Shown here: one piece after another, positions 7,713-17,096 of the stretch
Numbering within the stretch: the first letter of the stretch is position 1
Layout: each line of letters starts with the position of its first letter
Source: an uncultured delta proteobacterium
Lineage (GTDB): Bacteria > Myxococcota > Myxococcia > Myxococcales > Myxococcaceae
Assembly: GCA_963776345.1 (NCBI GenBank)
Contig: CAVZMH010000001.1
Location: 1-64,000, forward strand
Length of the DNA: 64,000 nucleotides
Direction: 5' to 3'
Made by a program: the position numbers and the translations under genes
Notes under the pieces: model-generated
The model's input: the letters and a program-made list of their open reading frames with translations, nothing else
What the model was told of the DNA's origin: nothing
Database searches by the model: none

Positions 7713-9359
7713 TCAGTCGTGCTGCAGATACTGGTGGACGAACGCGATCGTCATGCTTCCTTCGCCGACGGCGGACGCGACGCGTTTGACCTTGCTCGCC
7801 CGCACATCGCCGCAGGCGAAGACGCCGGGGACGCTCGTCTCGAGCAGGTACGGGTCGCGATTGTGCGACCAGCGCCCGGCTTTCACCGTATCGTCTCCGG
7901 TCAGGACATACCCGTGCGCATCACGCGCGATCTCGGTTGGCAGCCACTCGGTCTCGGCGTCGGCTCCAATGAAGACGAAAAGGCCACCGCAGTCATGCCG
8001 GCGCACCGCTTTGCTTGCGTCACGAATGTCTATGGCGGTCAGGTGAGTGTCACCGTAGACCGCCTGCACTTCCGAGCGCAGCTGGACCGCGATGTTCGCT
8101 TTCCCGCGCAACTGCTCAATCAGGTAGTGTGACATGCTCTTCTCCAGGGAATCGCCCCGGACGACGAGCGTCACCTTGCGGGCATAGTTGGAAAAGTAGA
8201 TTGCCGCCTGACCGGCTGAGTTTCCGGCGCCGATGAGGTAGAGGTCGAGTCCATTGGCGGCGCCTGCCTCGCTGCGCGCCGCTCCGAAGTAGAGACCCTT
8301 GCCGAGCAGCCGGTCGAATCCCTCGATCTCCAGGCGGCGCCACCTGACGCCGGCGGCAAGGATGATGGTCCGCGTCCGGACGACCTCATCGCCATCGAGG
8401 AAGACCTCATGCGTCTCCGGATCGATGCGGGTGACGGAGCGCGTGACCAAGATCTCCGCCCCCAGTCGCTTTGCTTGCTGCAGCGCGCGACTCGCAAGCT
8501 CATCGCCCGAGACGCCGCTGGGGAACCCGAGATAGTTCTCGATCCTCGAGGACGTCCCGGCCTGGCCCCCCGGCGCCTCGCGCTCGATACACAGCGTGCG
8601 CAGCCCCTCGGACGCGCCGTAGACCGCAGCAGCGAGGCCGGCCGGGCCGCCGCCGATGATGACGGCGTCGTATTCGGCAAGGCGCGCGCTTGTTTGCAGG
8701 CCGAGGAGCTGCGCAACGTCGCGCGCCTTCGGTCGGCGGAGCACCTGACCGTCGGCGAGCCGCAGCACCGGGCAATCGCCTTCCCCCGGGAGAGGTCCCT
8801 GCCAAAGCGTTTGCAGCGCGGGCGAGTCCGGTGCCACCCAGTCAAAGGTGATCTGGTTGCGGGAGAGGAACCGGCGCATGTCGACGCACGCGGGATCCCA
8901 GCGTTGACCAAACAACGTGACCAGCGGTTTGGGCGCTTGGGCAGAGATGCCCTGCATCCCGCCGATGCGCTCGCGCGCGAGCGCGCTGACCTTCGAGGAA
9001 ACCTCGGGCGATGCCGCCGCGATCGCGAAATACTGCCGGGCCTCCACTCGCATGAGGCGAGACGGTTCTGACGCCCGGTAACCTCCGTAGAACGGCGAGC
9101 CGATGGCGATCGGAATTTCGCCGAAGATGGCGCCGGGGACGCGCCAGCCCAGGGTGCGCTCGACCCCGTCGAACAATCTGACGACCTCCATCTTGCCGGA
9201 GAGAACCGCGAACAGCGCGCGGTCCCCCGCGCCCTCGTGCACGGCGTACTCCCCGGCGCCGAGGTGGATGTCGGCAGACGTCTGCGCGAGCAGCTCGAGC
9301 TGGTCCGTCGCGAGCGTCGAAAACAGCGGGACGGCCCGAACTTCGTCAATCGTCAGCAT
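7713..9359 (-). CDS. cNMP-binding domain + thioredoxin reductase-like FAD oxidoreductase
   Basis: N-terminal cNMP domain (VPLFSTL, FGEIP), GGGPAG, GGQAGTSSRIENYLGFP, GAGNSAG, GDVR...KRVASAVGEG. Confidence 0.92.
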   Translation of the reverse strand: MLTIDEVRAVPLFSTLATDQLELLAQTSADIHLGAGEYAVHEGAGDRALFAVLSGKMEVVRLFDGVERTLGWRVPGAIFGEIPIAIGSPFYGGYRASEPSRLMRVEARQYFAIAAASPEVSSKVSALARERIGGMQGISAQAPKPLVTLFGQRWDPACVDMRRFLSRNQITFDWVAPDSPALQTLWQGPLPGEGDCPVLRLADGQVLRRPKARDVAQLLGLQTSARLAEYDAVIIGGGPAGLAAAVYGASEGLRTLCIEREAPGGQAGTSSRIENYLGFPSGVSGDELASRALQQAKRLGAEILVTRSVTRIDPETHEVFLDGDEVVRTRTIILAAGVRWRRLEIEGFDRLLGKGLYFGAARSEAGAANGLDLYLIGAGNSAGQAAIYFSNYARKVTLVVRGDSLEKSMSHYLIEQLRGKANIAVQLRSEVQAVYGDTHLTAIDIRDASKAVRRHDCGGLFVFIGADAETEWLPTEIARDAHGYVLTGDDTVKAGRWSHNRDPYLLETSVPGVFACGDVRASKVKRVASAVGEGSMTIAFVHQYLQHD

Positions 9360-9705
9360 GGTTCATGTCACATCACTGTATCCGCTCAGCGGGACAGCGG
9401 ACTTCCATGAGTGGCCGTTGGGGTCGAAAGCAGGAAGCGGAGCAGATCCCTCGCTGGCCAACGGGTGGCTGCCAGCCGTGAGCGGAGTGTACCGGGCTCA
9501 TCGTCCCGCGGTTCACTCTGTAGCCAGGGCTGGGGATTTGAAGGCACAGGGGTTGCCCCTCCACCTTGCGCGCGCCGTCCGCGTGCGCGCTCGTGGCCGG
9601 GCGCAAATTTTTCGCGCGGACTCCCCGGCGGAATCGCTTGGCCCGGATCATGGCTCTCACCGGTGGTGCGCCTCGAGTGGAGCGCGCCTTGCAGACGTGG
9701 GAGTC

Positions 9706-10770
9706 ATGACCCGAGCGCTCTCCATCCCGGCGGTCGGCCACCCGAGGCGGGGGCGCTGGCCGGGCGAGCTGTGGAAGCTCGTGCTCGCGGGCGTGGTCTG
9801 GGCCGTCGCCTGGTCCATGTTGCACCCGTTCTCGGCGCTGGTCGCCGGCGTCCTCCCCGCGGGCACGCCGTCGCACCTCGCGAGCGCGATCGCCTTCTTC
9901 GTCTACGAGGTGCCAAAGGTACTGCTGCTCCTGGTGCTGGTGGTCTTCGGCATCGGCGTCATCCGCACCTGGTTCTCGCCGGAGCGCACCCGTCGTCTGC
10001 TGGCCGGCCGGCGCGAGTCGGTGGGCAACGTGCTCGCCGCCGGGCTCGGCGTCGTGACGCCCTTCTGCTCCTGCTCGGCGGTGCCGCTGTTCCTCGGGTT
10101 CGTCCAGGCCGGGGTGCCGCTGGGGGTGACGTTCTCCTTCCTCATCTCGGCGCCGATGGTGAACGAGGTCGCGCTGGTGCTCCTCCTGGGCCTGTTCGGC
10201 TGGAAGGTGGCGGCGCTGTACCTCGGCACCGGACTCGCCATCGCCATCGTCGCCGGCTGGACCCTGGGCAAGCTCCATCTCGAGCGACACCTGGAAGACT
10301 GGGTGAGGGAAGCCACGCGCGGAGGCGGGGTGGCCGGCCTCGAGGAATCCCCGCCGTTCTCGGAGCGGCTCGCCGCGGGGCGCGCGGCCGTCCGCGAGAT
10401 CGTCGGCAAGGTGTGGCCCTACGTGGTCGTGGGGATCGCCGTGGGGGCCGGCATCCACGGGTATGCGCCGGAGAACCTGCTCGCCGGGATCATGGGGCGC
10501 GCGGCCTGGTGGTCGGTGCCCCTGGCCGTGGCCATCGGCGTACCGATGTACTCGAACGCAGCCGGGATCATCCCGGTGGTGCAGGCATTGCTGGAAAAGG
10601 GCGCGGCGCTCGGGACCGTGCTCGCGTTCATGATGTCGGTCGTCGGCCTCTCGCTGCCCGAGGTGGTGATCCTCCGCAAGGTCCTCAAGCCGCCGCTGAT
10701 CGCCGCGTTCGTCGGCACCGTGGCGCTCGGCATTCTCGCGGTCGGCTACCTCTTCAACCTGGTGCTCTGA
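9706..10770 (+). CDS. ArsP/DUF318 family permease
   Basis: TPFCSCSAVPL and GVPMYSNAAG motifs; multiple TM segments. Confidence 0.88.
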   Translation: MTRALSIPAVGHPRRGRWPGELWKLVLAGVVWAVAWSMLHPFSALVAGVLPAGTPSHLASAIAFFVYEVPKVLLLLVLVVFGIGVIRTWFSPERTRRLLAGRRESVGNVLAAGLGVVTPFCSCSAVPLFLGFVQAGVPLGVTFSFLISAPMVNEVALVLLLGLFGWKVAALYLGTGLAIAIVAGWTLGKLHLERHLEDWVREATRGGGVAGLEESPPFSERLAAGRAAVREIVGKVWPYVVVGIAVGAGIHGYAPENLLAGIMGRAAWWSVPLAVAIGVPMYSNAAGIIPVVQALLEKGAALGTVLAFMMSVVGLSLPEVVILRKVLKPPLIAAFVGTVALGILAVGYLFNLVL

Positions 10771-10789
10771 GGAGCAACGGAGGAACGTC

Positions 10790-11035
10790 ATGAAGGTGCA
10801 GGTGCTCGGAACGGGGTGTCCGAAGTGCAAGCAGCTCACCGCGAACGTGCAGGAAGCCGCGCGCCAGAGCGGCCTGGCGGTGGAGATCGAGAAGGTCGAG
10901 GACCTGCGCGAGATCATGAGCTACCGGGTGATGAGCACGCCGGCGCTGGCGATCGACGGGGTGGTGAAGTCCACCGGCAAGGTCCTGCCGGCTGCCGACG
11001 TCCTTGCGCTTCTCCGGGCGCAGGCCGAGGCGTAG
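10790..11035 (+). CDS. Small thioredoxin-like redox-active disulfide protein (MTH895/TM0996 type)
   Basis: VLGTGCPKC...VMSTPALAIDG; GGAGG RBS. Confidence 0.9.
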   Translation: MKVQVLGTGCPKCKQLTANVQEAARQSGLAVEIEKVEDLREIMSYRVMSTPALAIDGVVKSTGKVLPAADVLALLRAQAEA

Positions 11036-11123
11036 CGACCCGGAGGGGCGTACCGCGAGAGCGAGCGGTCGGGTAGGCTCGTGCCAGTTTCCGCGGGCTC
11101 GCGGTCCTTCAACGGGGGGATTC

Positions 11124-11351
11124 ATGCACGCTTCCCGGAAGCTTGGTCGGACCGTCATCGCGCTCGTCGCGCTCCTGGCGGTCGCTTGCAGCGAGAGCCC
11201 GAACGGTCCCGCCGAGTGTGTCGCCGCCGGGGGACGATGCATCTGCGGGCCGTCCGGTTGCGACGGCGGGGTCATCGGCCCGCAGGACTGCAACCCGGAC
11301 CGAAATCCCTGTGGCGGCGTCTGCTGTCTTCCCCCCGATGCCGGGAGCTGA
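11124..11351 (+). CDS. Small Cys-rich lipoprotein
   Basis: Lipobox LAVAC followed by 8 more Cys, ending PPDAGS. Confidence 0.65.
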   Translation: MHASRKLGRTVIALVALLAVACSESPNGPAECVAAGGRCICGPSGCDGGVIGPQDCNPDRNPCGGVCCLPPDAGS

Positions 11352-11355
11352 CACG

Positions 11356-11571
11356 GTGAGGCGAGCGCTCGGACTTGCCGCGGTGCTAGGCCTGTCAACC
11401 TTCGTGGGTTGCGCGAGGGAGGACCCGTTCTGCGTGAGCGATCTCCCCGACGGCGGGTGCACCTACTACCAGCTGTTCAGCTGTCTCTCCGACGCGTGCC
11501 TCGGCGGCGGAGATGAGCGGATGACGAGTGACGCGGGCACGTGCATTCGCGTGCAGCTCTACTGCCAGTAG
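11356..11571 (+). CDS. Small Cys-rich lipoprotein
   Basis: GTG start; hydrophobic leader ending FVGC, 6 more Cys, PDGG/DAG motifs. Confidence 0.55.
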   Translation: MRRALGLAAVLGLSTFVGCAREDPFCVSDLPDGGCTYYQLFSCLSDACLGGGDERMTSDAGTCIRVQLYCQ

Positions 11572-11614
11572 GGAAACGGATCCGCGCGGGCGAGCTCCCC
11601 TGCGAGGCGATCCG

Positions 11615-12499
11615 TCAGGCCGCGATGCTCGGCTCGACCCGCCGTTCGACGGGCCTGCGCTGCATCCGGCGCTTGTACTCCTCGGCCGGACGGACGAACT
11701 CCGGGTCGCCCGCGTGCAGCCTGGCCGCTTCCTTCGGACCGCGGGGCCGCAGCACCGCCCTGGGCCGAAACGGCCGGAAGGCGAACGCCTGCTGCACCGC
11801 GATGTTCTGCGGCCAGTCCACGTCCAGCCCGTAGCTCTCGGGCTTCCGGTCGGGCAGGTACGCCGTCCCCAGCAGCCAGTCCCAGAACGAGAACTTGGTG
11901 GCGTAGTTGATGTCGTGAACCTCGCGGGCGTGGTGCCACCGGTGCATGTACGGCCCGTTGATCACGTACTTCAGCTTCCCCATGTCCCAGTCGATGTTGG
12001 AGTGGATCCACATCCCCCAGCAGGCGTCGATCACCGACTTGATGGCCGCGACCTCGGGGGACATGAACAGGACGATGGGGGCCAGCTCCGCGGTCCCGGT
12101 GATCAGGTTCTCGAAGACGTGACCGCGCGAGCCCCCCACCCAGTCCACGTCCGGGGTCGAGTGGTGGGCCTCGTGGAGGCGCCAGAGGAACTTGTTCACG
12201 TGCATCGACCGGTGGAACAGGTAGATGAACAGGTCGTGGGTGAACAGGGACACCAGGATCTGTGACCAGAGGGGCCACTCGCGGATGCCCCGCGTCTGGC
12301 TCCAGCCGGTGAGCTGGTCGATCGCGGGGATGACGAACCTGGCCGCCAGGAACCCCATGAGCACCGAGAAGACGGTGCTGAACCAGAGCAGGTCGGTCCA
12401 GAACTCGCGACGCAGGAACGGCTGCGGCTCGTACGGGAACCGCCGCTCGAGGGCGATCATCAGGAACGCCCAGAGGACGATGAGGGCCGTGGGGAGCAA
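11615..12499 (-). CDS. Sterol desaturase / fatty acid hydroxylase family protein
   Basis: His boxes YLFHRSMH, LHEAHHS, WIHSN, HRWHH; NYA...WDWLLGT. Confidence 0.9.
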   Translation of the reverse strand: MLPTALIVLWAFLMIALERRFPYEPQPFLRREFWTDLLWFSTVFSVLMGFLAARFVIPAIDQLTGWSQTRGIREWPLWSQILVSLFTHDLFIYLFHRSMHVNKFLWRLHEAHHSTPDVDWVGGSRGHVFENLITGTAELAPIVLFMSPEVAAIKSVIDACWGMWIHSNIDWDMGKLKYVINGPYMHRWHHAREVHDINYATKFSFWDWLLGTAYLPDRKPESYGLDVDWPQNIAVQQAFAFRPFRPRAVLRPRGPKEAARLHAGDPEFVRPAEEYKRRMQRRPVERRVEPSIAA

Positions 12500-12622
12500 A
12501 CTCCTTGGAGTTATCAGCGTGAGACGCGCTGCGCAGCAAATTTATCGCCCCCCGTCCAGCCTGCCTGGATGCCGACTTGACGCGGGGCTTTGTCCCGGTG
12601 AAAGGGGTGGCGTTCTCCTTCG

Positions 12623-13999
12623 ATGACCGTCCCCTTCCTCCTTCTCGCAGCGCTCGCCGGTGCGGTGGCGGTGGCGGCCTGGGTCCGTACCCCGGACTCG
12701 GACCTTCCACGGATCTACCCGCGGGAACCCGAGCGCTGGGCTGGCATCACCGGACGGCCAGCCCCGCTGGGAAGCGCCCTGGACACGGTGCTCTTCTGGG
12801 CGACGGCGGCCCTCGGCCTCGGGGTGGCTGGCGCGCTGGTCGCCGTCGCGCTGCCGGGTCGCCTCGGGCTCGCCCTCGTCGTCGGAGCAGCGGTGGGCCT
12901 CTTCCTGGCGGTGTCGCTGGCCCGGCGGATGCTCCGGTTCGGACCGGGGGCAATGCGGATGTTGCCTCGGATCCGCAGGAGGTCGGTCGGCCGGACCCCA
13001 CGGGTGCTCTTCATCTGCGGGTCACCCAACCAGACCGGGCAGATGATCCAGATCGCCCGGGCGCTCCCCGAGGTCGAGGCGTGGTTCACGCCCTACTACT
13101 CGGACCGGCCGCACTACGTGGCGGTCTTCAAGCTCGGCTGGTTCGAGCCGGCGATCCAGGGCCAAAAGCGCCGCGGCATCTGCGTCGACGAGCTGAACGC
13201 GCAGGGGCTGCGCGTCGACCTCGGCGCCGAGCGCAACGCGTACGACCTCTGGGTCTGTCCCAACGACGCCGTCATCCCCCGCGCGCTCTCCGGCACTCCC
13301 TGGGTCCTGGTCCAGGAAGGCATCATGGAGCAGCCCAACTGGCGCACCTGGGTCTGGCGATACACGAGGCTCATGCCCCGGGGGCTGGCCACCACCGCCG
13401 TCTTCGGGCTCAGCAAGCGCTACACCAAGTTCTGCGTCGCCAGCGAGGGATACCGGAAGCAGTTCCTCGCCGAGCGCATCCCACCGGAGAAGCTGGTGGT
13501 CACCGGCATCCCGAACTTCGACGACTTCGCGCGGTTCAAAGACAACGACTTCCCGCACCACGGCTACGTGCTGGTCTGCACCAGCGACGGCCGCGAGACG
13601 ATGATGAAGGTGGACCGGCCGGCGCTGCTCGAGAAGTCCGTGCAGATCGCCGCCGGCCGCCAGCTCATCTTCAAGCTGCACCCCAACGAGAACGTGGAGC
13701 GGGCCACCAGGGAGATCCTTGCCGTCGCACCGAAGGCGCTGATCTTCGCCGGAGGCAACGCCGAGGAGATGGTGGCCAACTGCGAGGTGCTGATCACCGA
13801 GCACAGCTCGCTCACCTTCTGCGGTCTGGCCCTGGGCAAGGAGGTCCACACCAACCTCCCGCCGGAACAGGTCGCGGCGCTGCTGCCGGTACAGAACCGG
13901 CGCGCTGCCGAGGAGATCGCGGACGTGGTACGCGGAGTTCTTCGCGACCGGGGCCGGGGGCTTCAGGAGAGAGCGGGCGCGCAGCGCAAGGCGTCCTGA
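12623..13999 (+). CDS. Membrane-anchored GT-B fold protein (TagB/TagF or UDP-GlcNAc 2-epimerase-like)
   Basis: Three N-terminal hydrophobic helices; VVTGIPNFDD, IFKLHPNE and VLITEHSS motifs. Confidence 0.65.
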   Translation: MTVPFLLLAALAGAVAVAAWVRTPDSDLPRIYPREPERWAGITGRPAPLGSALDTVLFWATAALGLGVAGALVAVALPGRLGLALVVGAAVGLFLAVSLARRMLRFGPGAMRMLPRIRRRSVGRTPRVLFICGSPNQTGQMIQIARALPEVEAWFTPYYSDRPHYVAVFKLGWFEPAIQGQKRRGICVDELNAQGLRVDLGAERNAYDLWVCPNDAVIPRALSGTPWVLVQEGIMEQPNWRTWVWRYTRLMPRGLATTAVFGLSKRYTKFCVASEGYRKQFLAERIPPEKLVVTGIPNFDDFARFKDNDFPHHGYVLVCTSDGRETMMKVDRPALLEKSVQIAAGRQLIFKLHPNENVERATREILAVAPKALIFAGGNAEEMVANCEVLITEHSSLTFCGLALGKEVHTNLPPEQVAALLPVQNRRAAEEIADVVRGVLRDRGRGLQERAGAQRKAS

Positions 14000-14013
14000 C
14001 GGAGAGACGAACG

Positions 14014-15345
14014 ATGGGCATCGAGGACTTCAGGAACGGCACTGGACAGCGGCTGTACGCGCGGGCGAAGCAGATCCTCCCCGGCGGAGCGCAGCTCCTC
14101 GGCAAGCGGGCGGAGATGTACCTCCCAGAGCTGTGGCCGGCGTACTACTCGCGCGCCAGCGGCTGCGAGGTGTGGGACCTCGACGGGCGCCACTACCTCG
14201 ACTTCACCATGGTGGGCATCGGCGCCTCGACGCTGGGCTACGCCGACCCGGACGTGGAGAAGGCGGTCGTCGACGCCGTGAAGTCCGGTCCGATGTGCAC
14301 CCTCAATCCTCCCGAGGACGTGGCGCTGGCCGAGCTGCTGCTCGAGCTCCACCCCTGGGCGGACATGGTGAGCTACGCCCGGAGCGGCGGCGAGGTGATG
14401 GCCAAGGCGGTGCGCATCGCCCGCGCCGCCACCGGCCGCGACGAGGTCGCCTTCTGCGGGTACCACGGCTGGCACGACTGGTACCTGTCGGTGAACCTCG
14501 GCGGCGCCGACGGTCTCCAGGGCCACCTGCTCCCGGGCCTCGAGCCGCTGGGCGTCCCCAAGGGGCTCGCCGGCACCACGCACCCGTTTGCCTACGGCGA
14601 CCTGGACGCGCTCCGGAAGATCGTCGAGGCGCGCGGGAACAAGCTCGCGGCCATCGTGATGGAGCCGGTGCGCGGCGCGGGCCGCATCCCGGGCTTCCTC
14701 GAGGGCGCGCGGGAGATCGCCAGCAAGAACGGCTCGGTGCTCCTGTTCGACGAGATCACCGCCGGTTTCCGGATGAACACCGGCGGCGTCCACCTGGTCT
14801 ACGGCGTCCAGCCGGACATGGCGACCTACGCCAAGGCGCTCTCCAACGGCTTCGCCATGGCGGCCATCGTCGGGCGCCGGTCGGTCATGGAGGCGGTGCA
14901 GAAGACCTTCATCTCCAGCGCCTACTTCACCGAGCGGGTCGGCCCGGCCGCAGCGCTCGCCTCGACCACCAAGCACCGGAAGATCGACGCCGGGAAGACG
15001 CTGACCGAGATCGGCACCCGGGTGCAGGCGGGGTGGAAGAAGGCCGCCGAGCGCACCGGCGTGCCGCTCAGCGTGACCGGCATCCCGGCGCTGGCGAGCT
15101 TCGGCTTCCAGGACCAGGACGCGCCGGCGCTGATGACGCTCTTCATCCAGGAGATGCTGGGCCGCGGCTTCCTGGCCTCGGACCGCTTCTACCCGACGGT
15201 GCGCCACGAGGAGCAGCACGTCTCGGCGTACCTCGATGCCGTCGAGGCCGCGTTCGGCCGCATCGCCGATGCGCGGGCGAAGGGCGACGTGCTCTCGCGG
15301 CTGCTCGGCCCGGTGAAGCACACCGGCTTCGCCCGGCTGGCCTAG
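14014..15345 (+). CDS. Class III PLP aminotransferase (GSA aminomutase-like)
   Basis: WDLDGRHYLD, GYHGWHDW, LLFDEITAGFR, YAKALSNG. Confidence 0.92.
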   Translation: MGIEDFRNGTGQRLYARAKQILPGGAQLLGKRAEMYLPELWPAYYSRASGCEVWDLDGRHYLDFTMVGIGASTLGYADPDVEKAVVDAVKSGPMCTLNPPEDVALAELLLELHPWADMVSYARSGGEVMAKAVRIARAATGRDEVAFCGYHGWHDWYLSVNLGGADGLQGHLLPGLEPLGVPKGLAGTTHPFAYGDLDALRKIVEARGNKLAAIVMEPVRGAGRIPGFLEGAREIASKNGSVLLFDEITAGFRMNTGGVHLVYGVQPDMATYAKALSNGFAMAAIVGRRSVMEAVQKTFISSAYFTERVGPAAALASTTKHRKIDAGKTLTEIGTRVQAGWKKAAERTGVPLSVTGIPALASFGFQDQDAPALMTLFIQEMLGRGFLASDRFYPTVRHEEQHVSAYLDAVEAAFGRIADARAKGDVLSRLLGPVKHTGFARLA

Positions 15346-15349
15346 CGGC

Positions 15350-16171
15350 TCAGGACTTCGGGGGCGCCTTGCGCTCGTGCTCGGGGATCCGGGTGCGCGA
15401 GGCGTCCACCGTCTTCAGCTCGCCGAGGTGGTGGCGGTACCAGTTCACGCCCGCGTACTTCTGGTTCAGGGCGAAGACCTCGGGGTGCGCGTCCAGGTAG
15501 TCGAGGATGGCCTGGAGCCCGAAGGGCGGCTTCCCCTCGACGAACAGCGCGTCGTAGACGCGGCGGATGAGCTCGTAGTCCTCGGCGTAGTCGATGGTCA
15601 GCCGGTGGGTCATCTGGAGGTCGCGGTCCCAGACGACGTTCTTGAGCTTGAACCGCTCCGGGCGCTCCCAGATGAACGGCGTGGTGTGCTCGCGCTCCAT
15701 GGGGAGCTTCGCCTCGCGCCAGGCGGTCTCCAGGGTGTCGCGCCGCATGACCTCCACGTCGTAGCCGTCGGGCCAGGTGGCGGGGTGGAGGTTGGAGACG
15801 TAGTCGTACGAGGGATCCTCGAGGAACGCGCCGAGGATCCGGTCCACCACCGCCGGATCGATGAGCGGGCAGTCGGAGGGAATCTTGGAGACCGCGTCGC
15901 AGTCGGTGGTGCGCGCCGCGGCGATGTGCCGGTCGAGGAGGTCGGTGGGATGACCGCGGACGCAGGCGACGCCGGCCTGCCTGGCGAGCTCGACCACCGG
16001 CTGGTCGGAGGCGTCGGTGGTGGTCGCGACGACGATCTGCGACGGCGTGCGCGCGGCCTGGAGTCGCTCGAGCATCCGGACGAGCAGCGGCTTGCCGGCG
16101 AGCGGCATGAGCACCTTGCCCGGGAGCCGGGTGGAGCCGGTGCGCGCCTGGACCACGACCAGAACCTTCAC
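15350..16171 (-). CDS. SpsF-like cytidylyltransferase
   Basis: QARTGSTRLPGKVL, SDCPLIDP, REHTTP, RLTIDYAED; GTG start with GGAGG RBS. Confidence 0.88.
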   Translation of the reverse strand: MKVLVVVQARTGSTRLPGKVLMPLAGKPLLVRMLERLQAARTPSQIVVATTTDASDQPVVELARQAGVACVRGHPTDLLDRHIAAARTTDCDAVSKIPSDCPLIDPAVVDRILGAFLEDPSYDYVSNLHPATWPDGYDVEVMRRDTLETAWREAKLPMEREHTTPFIWERPERFKLKNVVWDRDLQMTHRLTIDYAEDYELIRRVYDALFVEGKPPFGLQAILDYLDAHPEVFALNQKYAGVNWYRHHLGELKTVDASRTRIPEHERKAPPKS

Positions 16172-16302
16172 CTGCAACCTCCGTGAACGACCGAAGAAGC
16201 CCGCGTCTTCTAGCGCACCGCAGCGCCCCGTGCCCCCGAAAGCGGTCGGACGGCGCGAGGGGCTCGCGGTTCGCTCGCGGGGCTGATCGAACTCGAGGAG
16301 CG

Positions 16303-16989
16303 CTAGAGAACGCCCCAGCCGCCCGGGTCCTCGTAGGTGATCCGGATCTCGGACTCGGGCGGGGGACGGGGGACCTCGCGCCGGACGCTCGGCGCGGTCT
16401 GCGAGACGGCGGGCGGGCGCGGCGGACGGGGCTCGGCGTTGCTCGCGGCGAACCCGCGGATCGCGGCGCGCGCGGGGCTCTCGTCGTCGAGATGACCTGC
16501 GTCGGCCGGGTGGCCGCTGGGCGTCGCCGCGCGCGGCATGGCCACCGGGAGCTCGCGGCTCCGCAGCGAGCGCGTTCGCACCGTCGGGAGATCCGCGTCG
16601 CTGAATCGCCGATCGGGAGCGGGCAGGGGAATCGACTCGGCCACCGGCATCGACACCCCGGTGGGCGCGCGGAACGACGGCCCGAGCTGCGCGCGGTCTC
16701 CGCGGCGGCGATCTGCACCGGTGCGCCGCTCGAACGCCCGGTGGAGCGGATTCTCCGGCAGTGGCTCCACCATCCGCTTGGCGTGGCCGAGCACCTCGTC
16801 CACGTGGGCCATCAGCGGCTCCACCGCGGGCCCGTAGAGCTTGCGGATGGCCTTTCCCATCGCCTCGAGGCGCCCGGCGTCCTCGCCGATCATCGGCGCC
16901 ACCAGCGCCCGCGCCTTGGCGAACACCGCCCGGAAGCGCTCCAGCTCATCGTAGAAGTCCTGAAGCCTTGCCCTGTCGAGGTCGTCCAC
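16303..16989 (-). CDS. Hypothetical protein (helical N-terminus, Pro-rich C-terminus)
   Basis: GTG start after GGAGGAG; host-like codon usage in the N-terminal half. Confidence 0.55.
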   Translation of the reverse strand: MDDLDRARLQDFYDELERFRAVFAKARALVAPMIGEDAGRLEAMGKAIRKLYGPAVEPLMAHVDEVLGHAKRMVEPLPENPLHRAFERRTGADRRRGDRAQLGPSFRAPTGVSMPVAESIPLPAPDRRFSDADLPTVRTRSLRSRELPVAMPRAATPSGHPADAGHLDDESPARAAIRGFAASNAEPRPPRPPAVSQTAPSVRREVPRPPPESEIRITYEDPGGWGVL

Positions 16990-17096
16990 CGACTGCTCCT
17001 CCCGTACATCGCCCGCCACGAGACTACCGGTCTGTAGCGACACCCCAAGTTTTTGGCGGCACTTAGCCGGTCCGCCTGGCGGGGTAGGAGATCAGA

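Noticed and set aside
9405..9445. REP/MITE-like GGGTCGAAAGC sequence at the island edge
   Set aside because: Single copy in the window with no inverted partner or target duplication.
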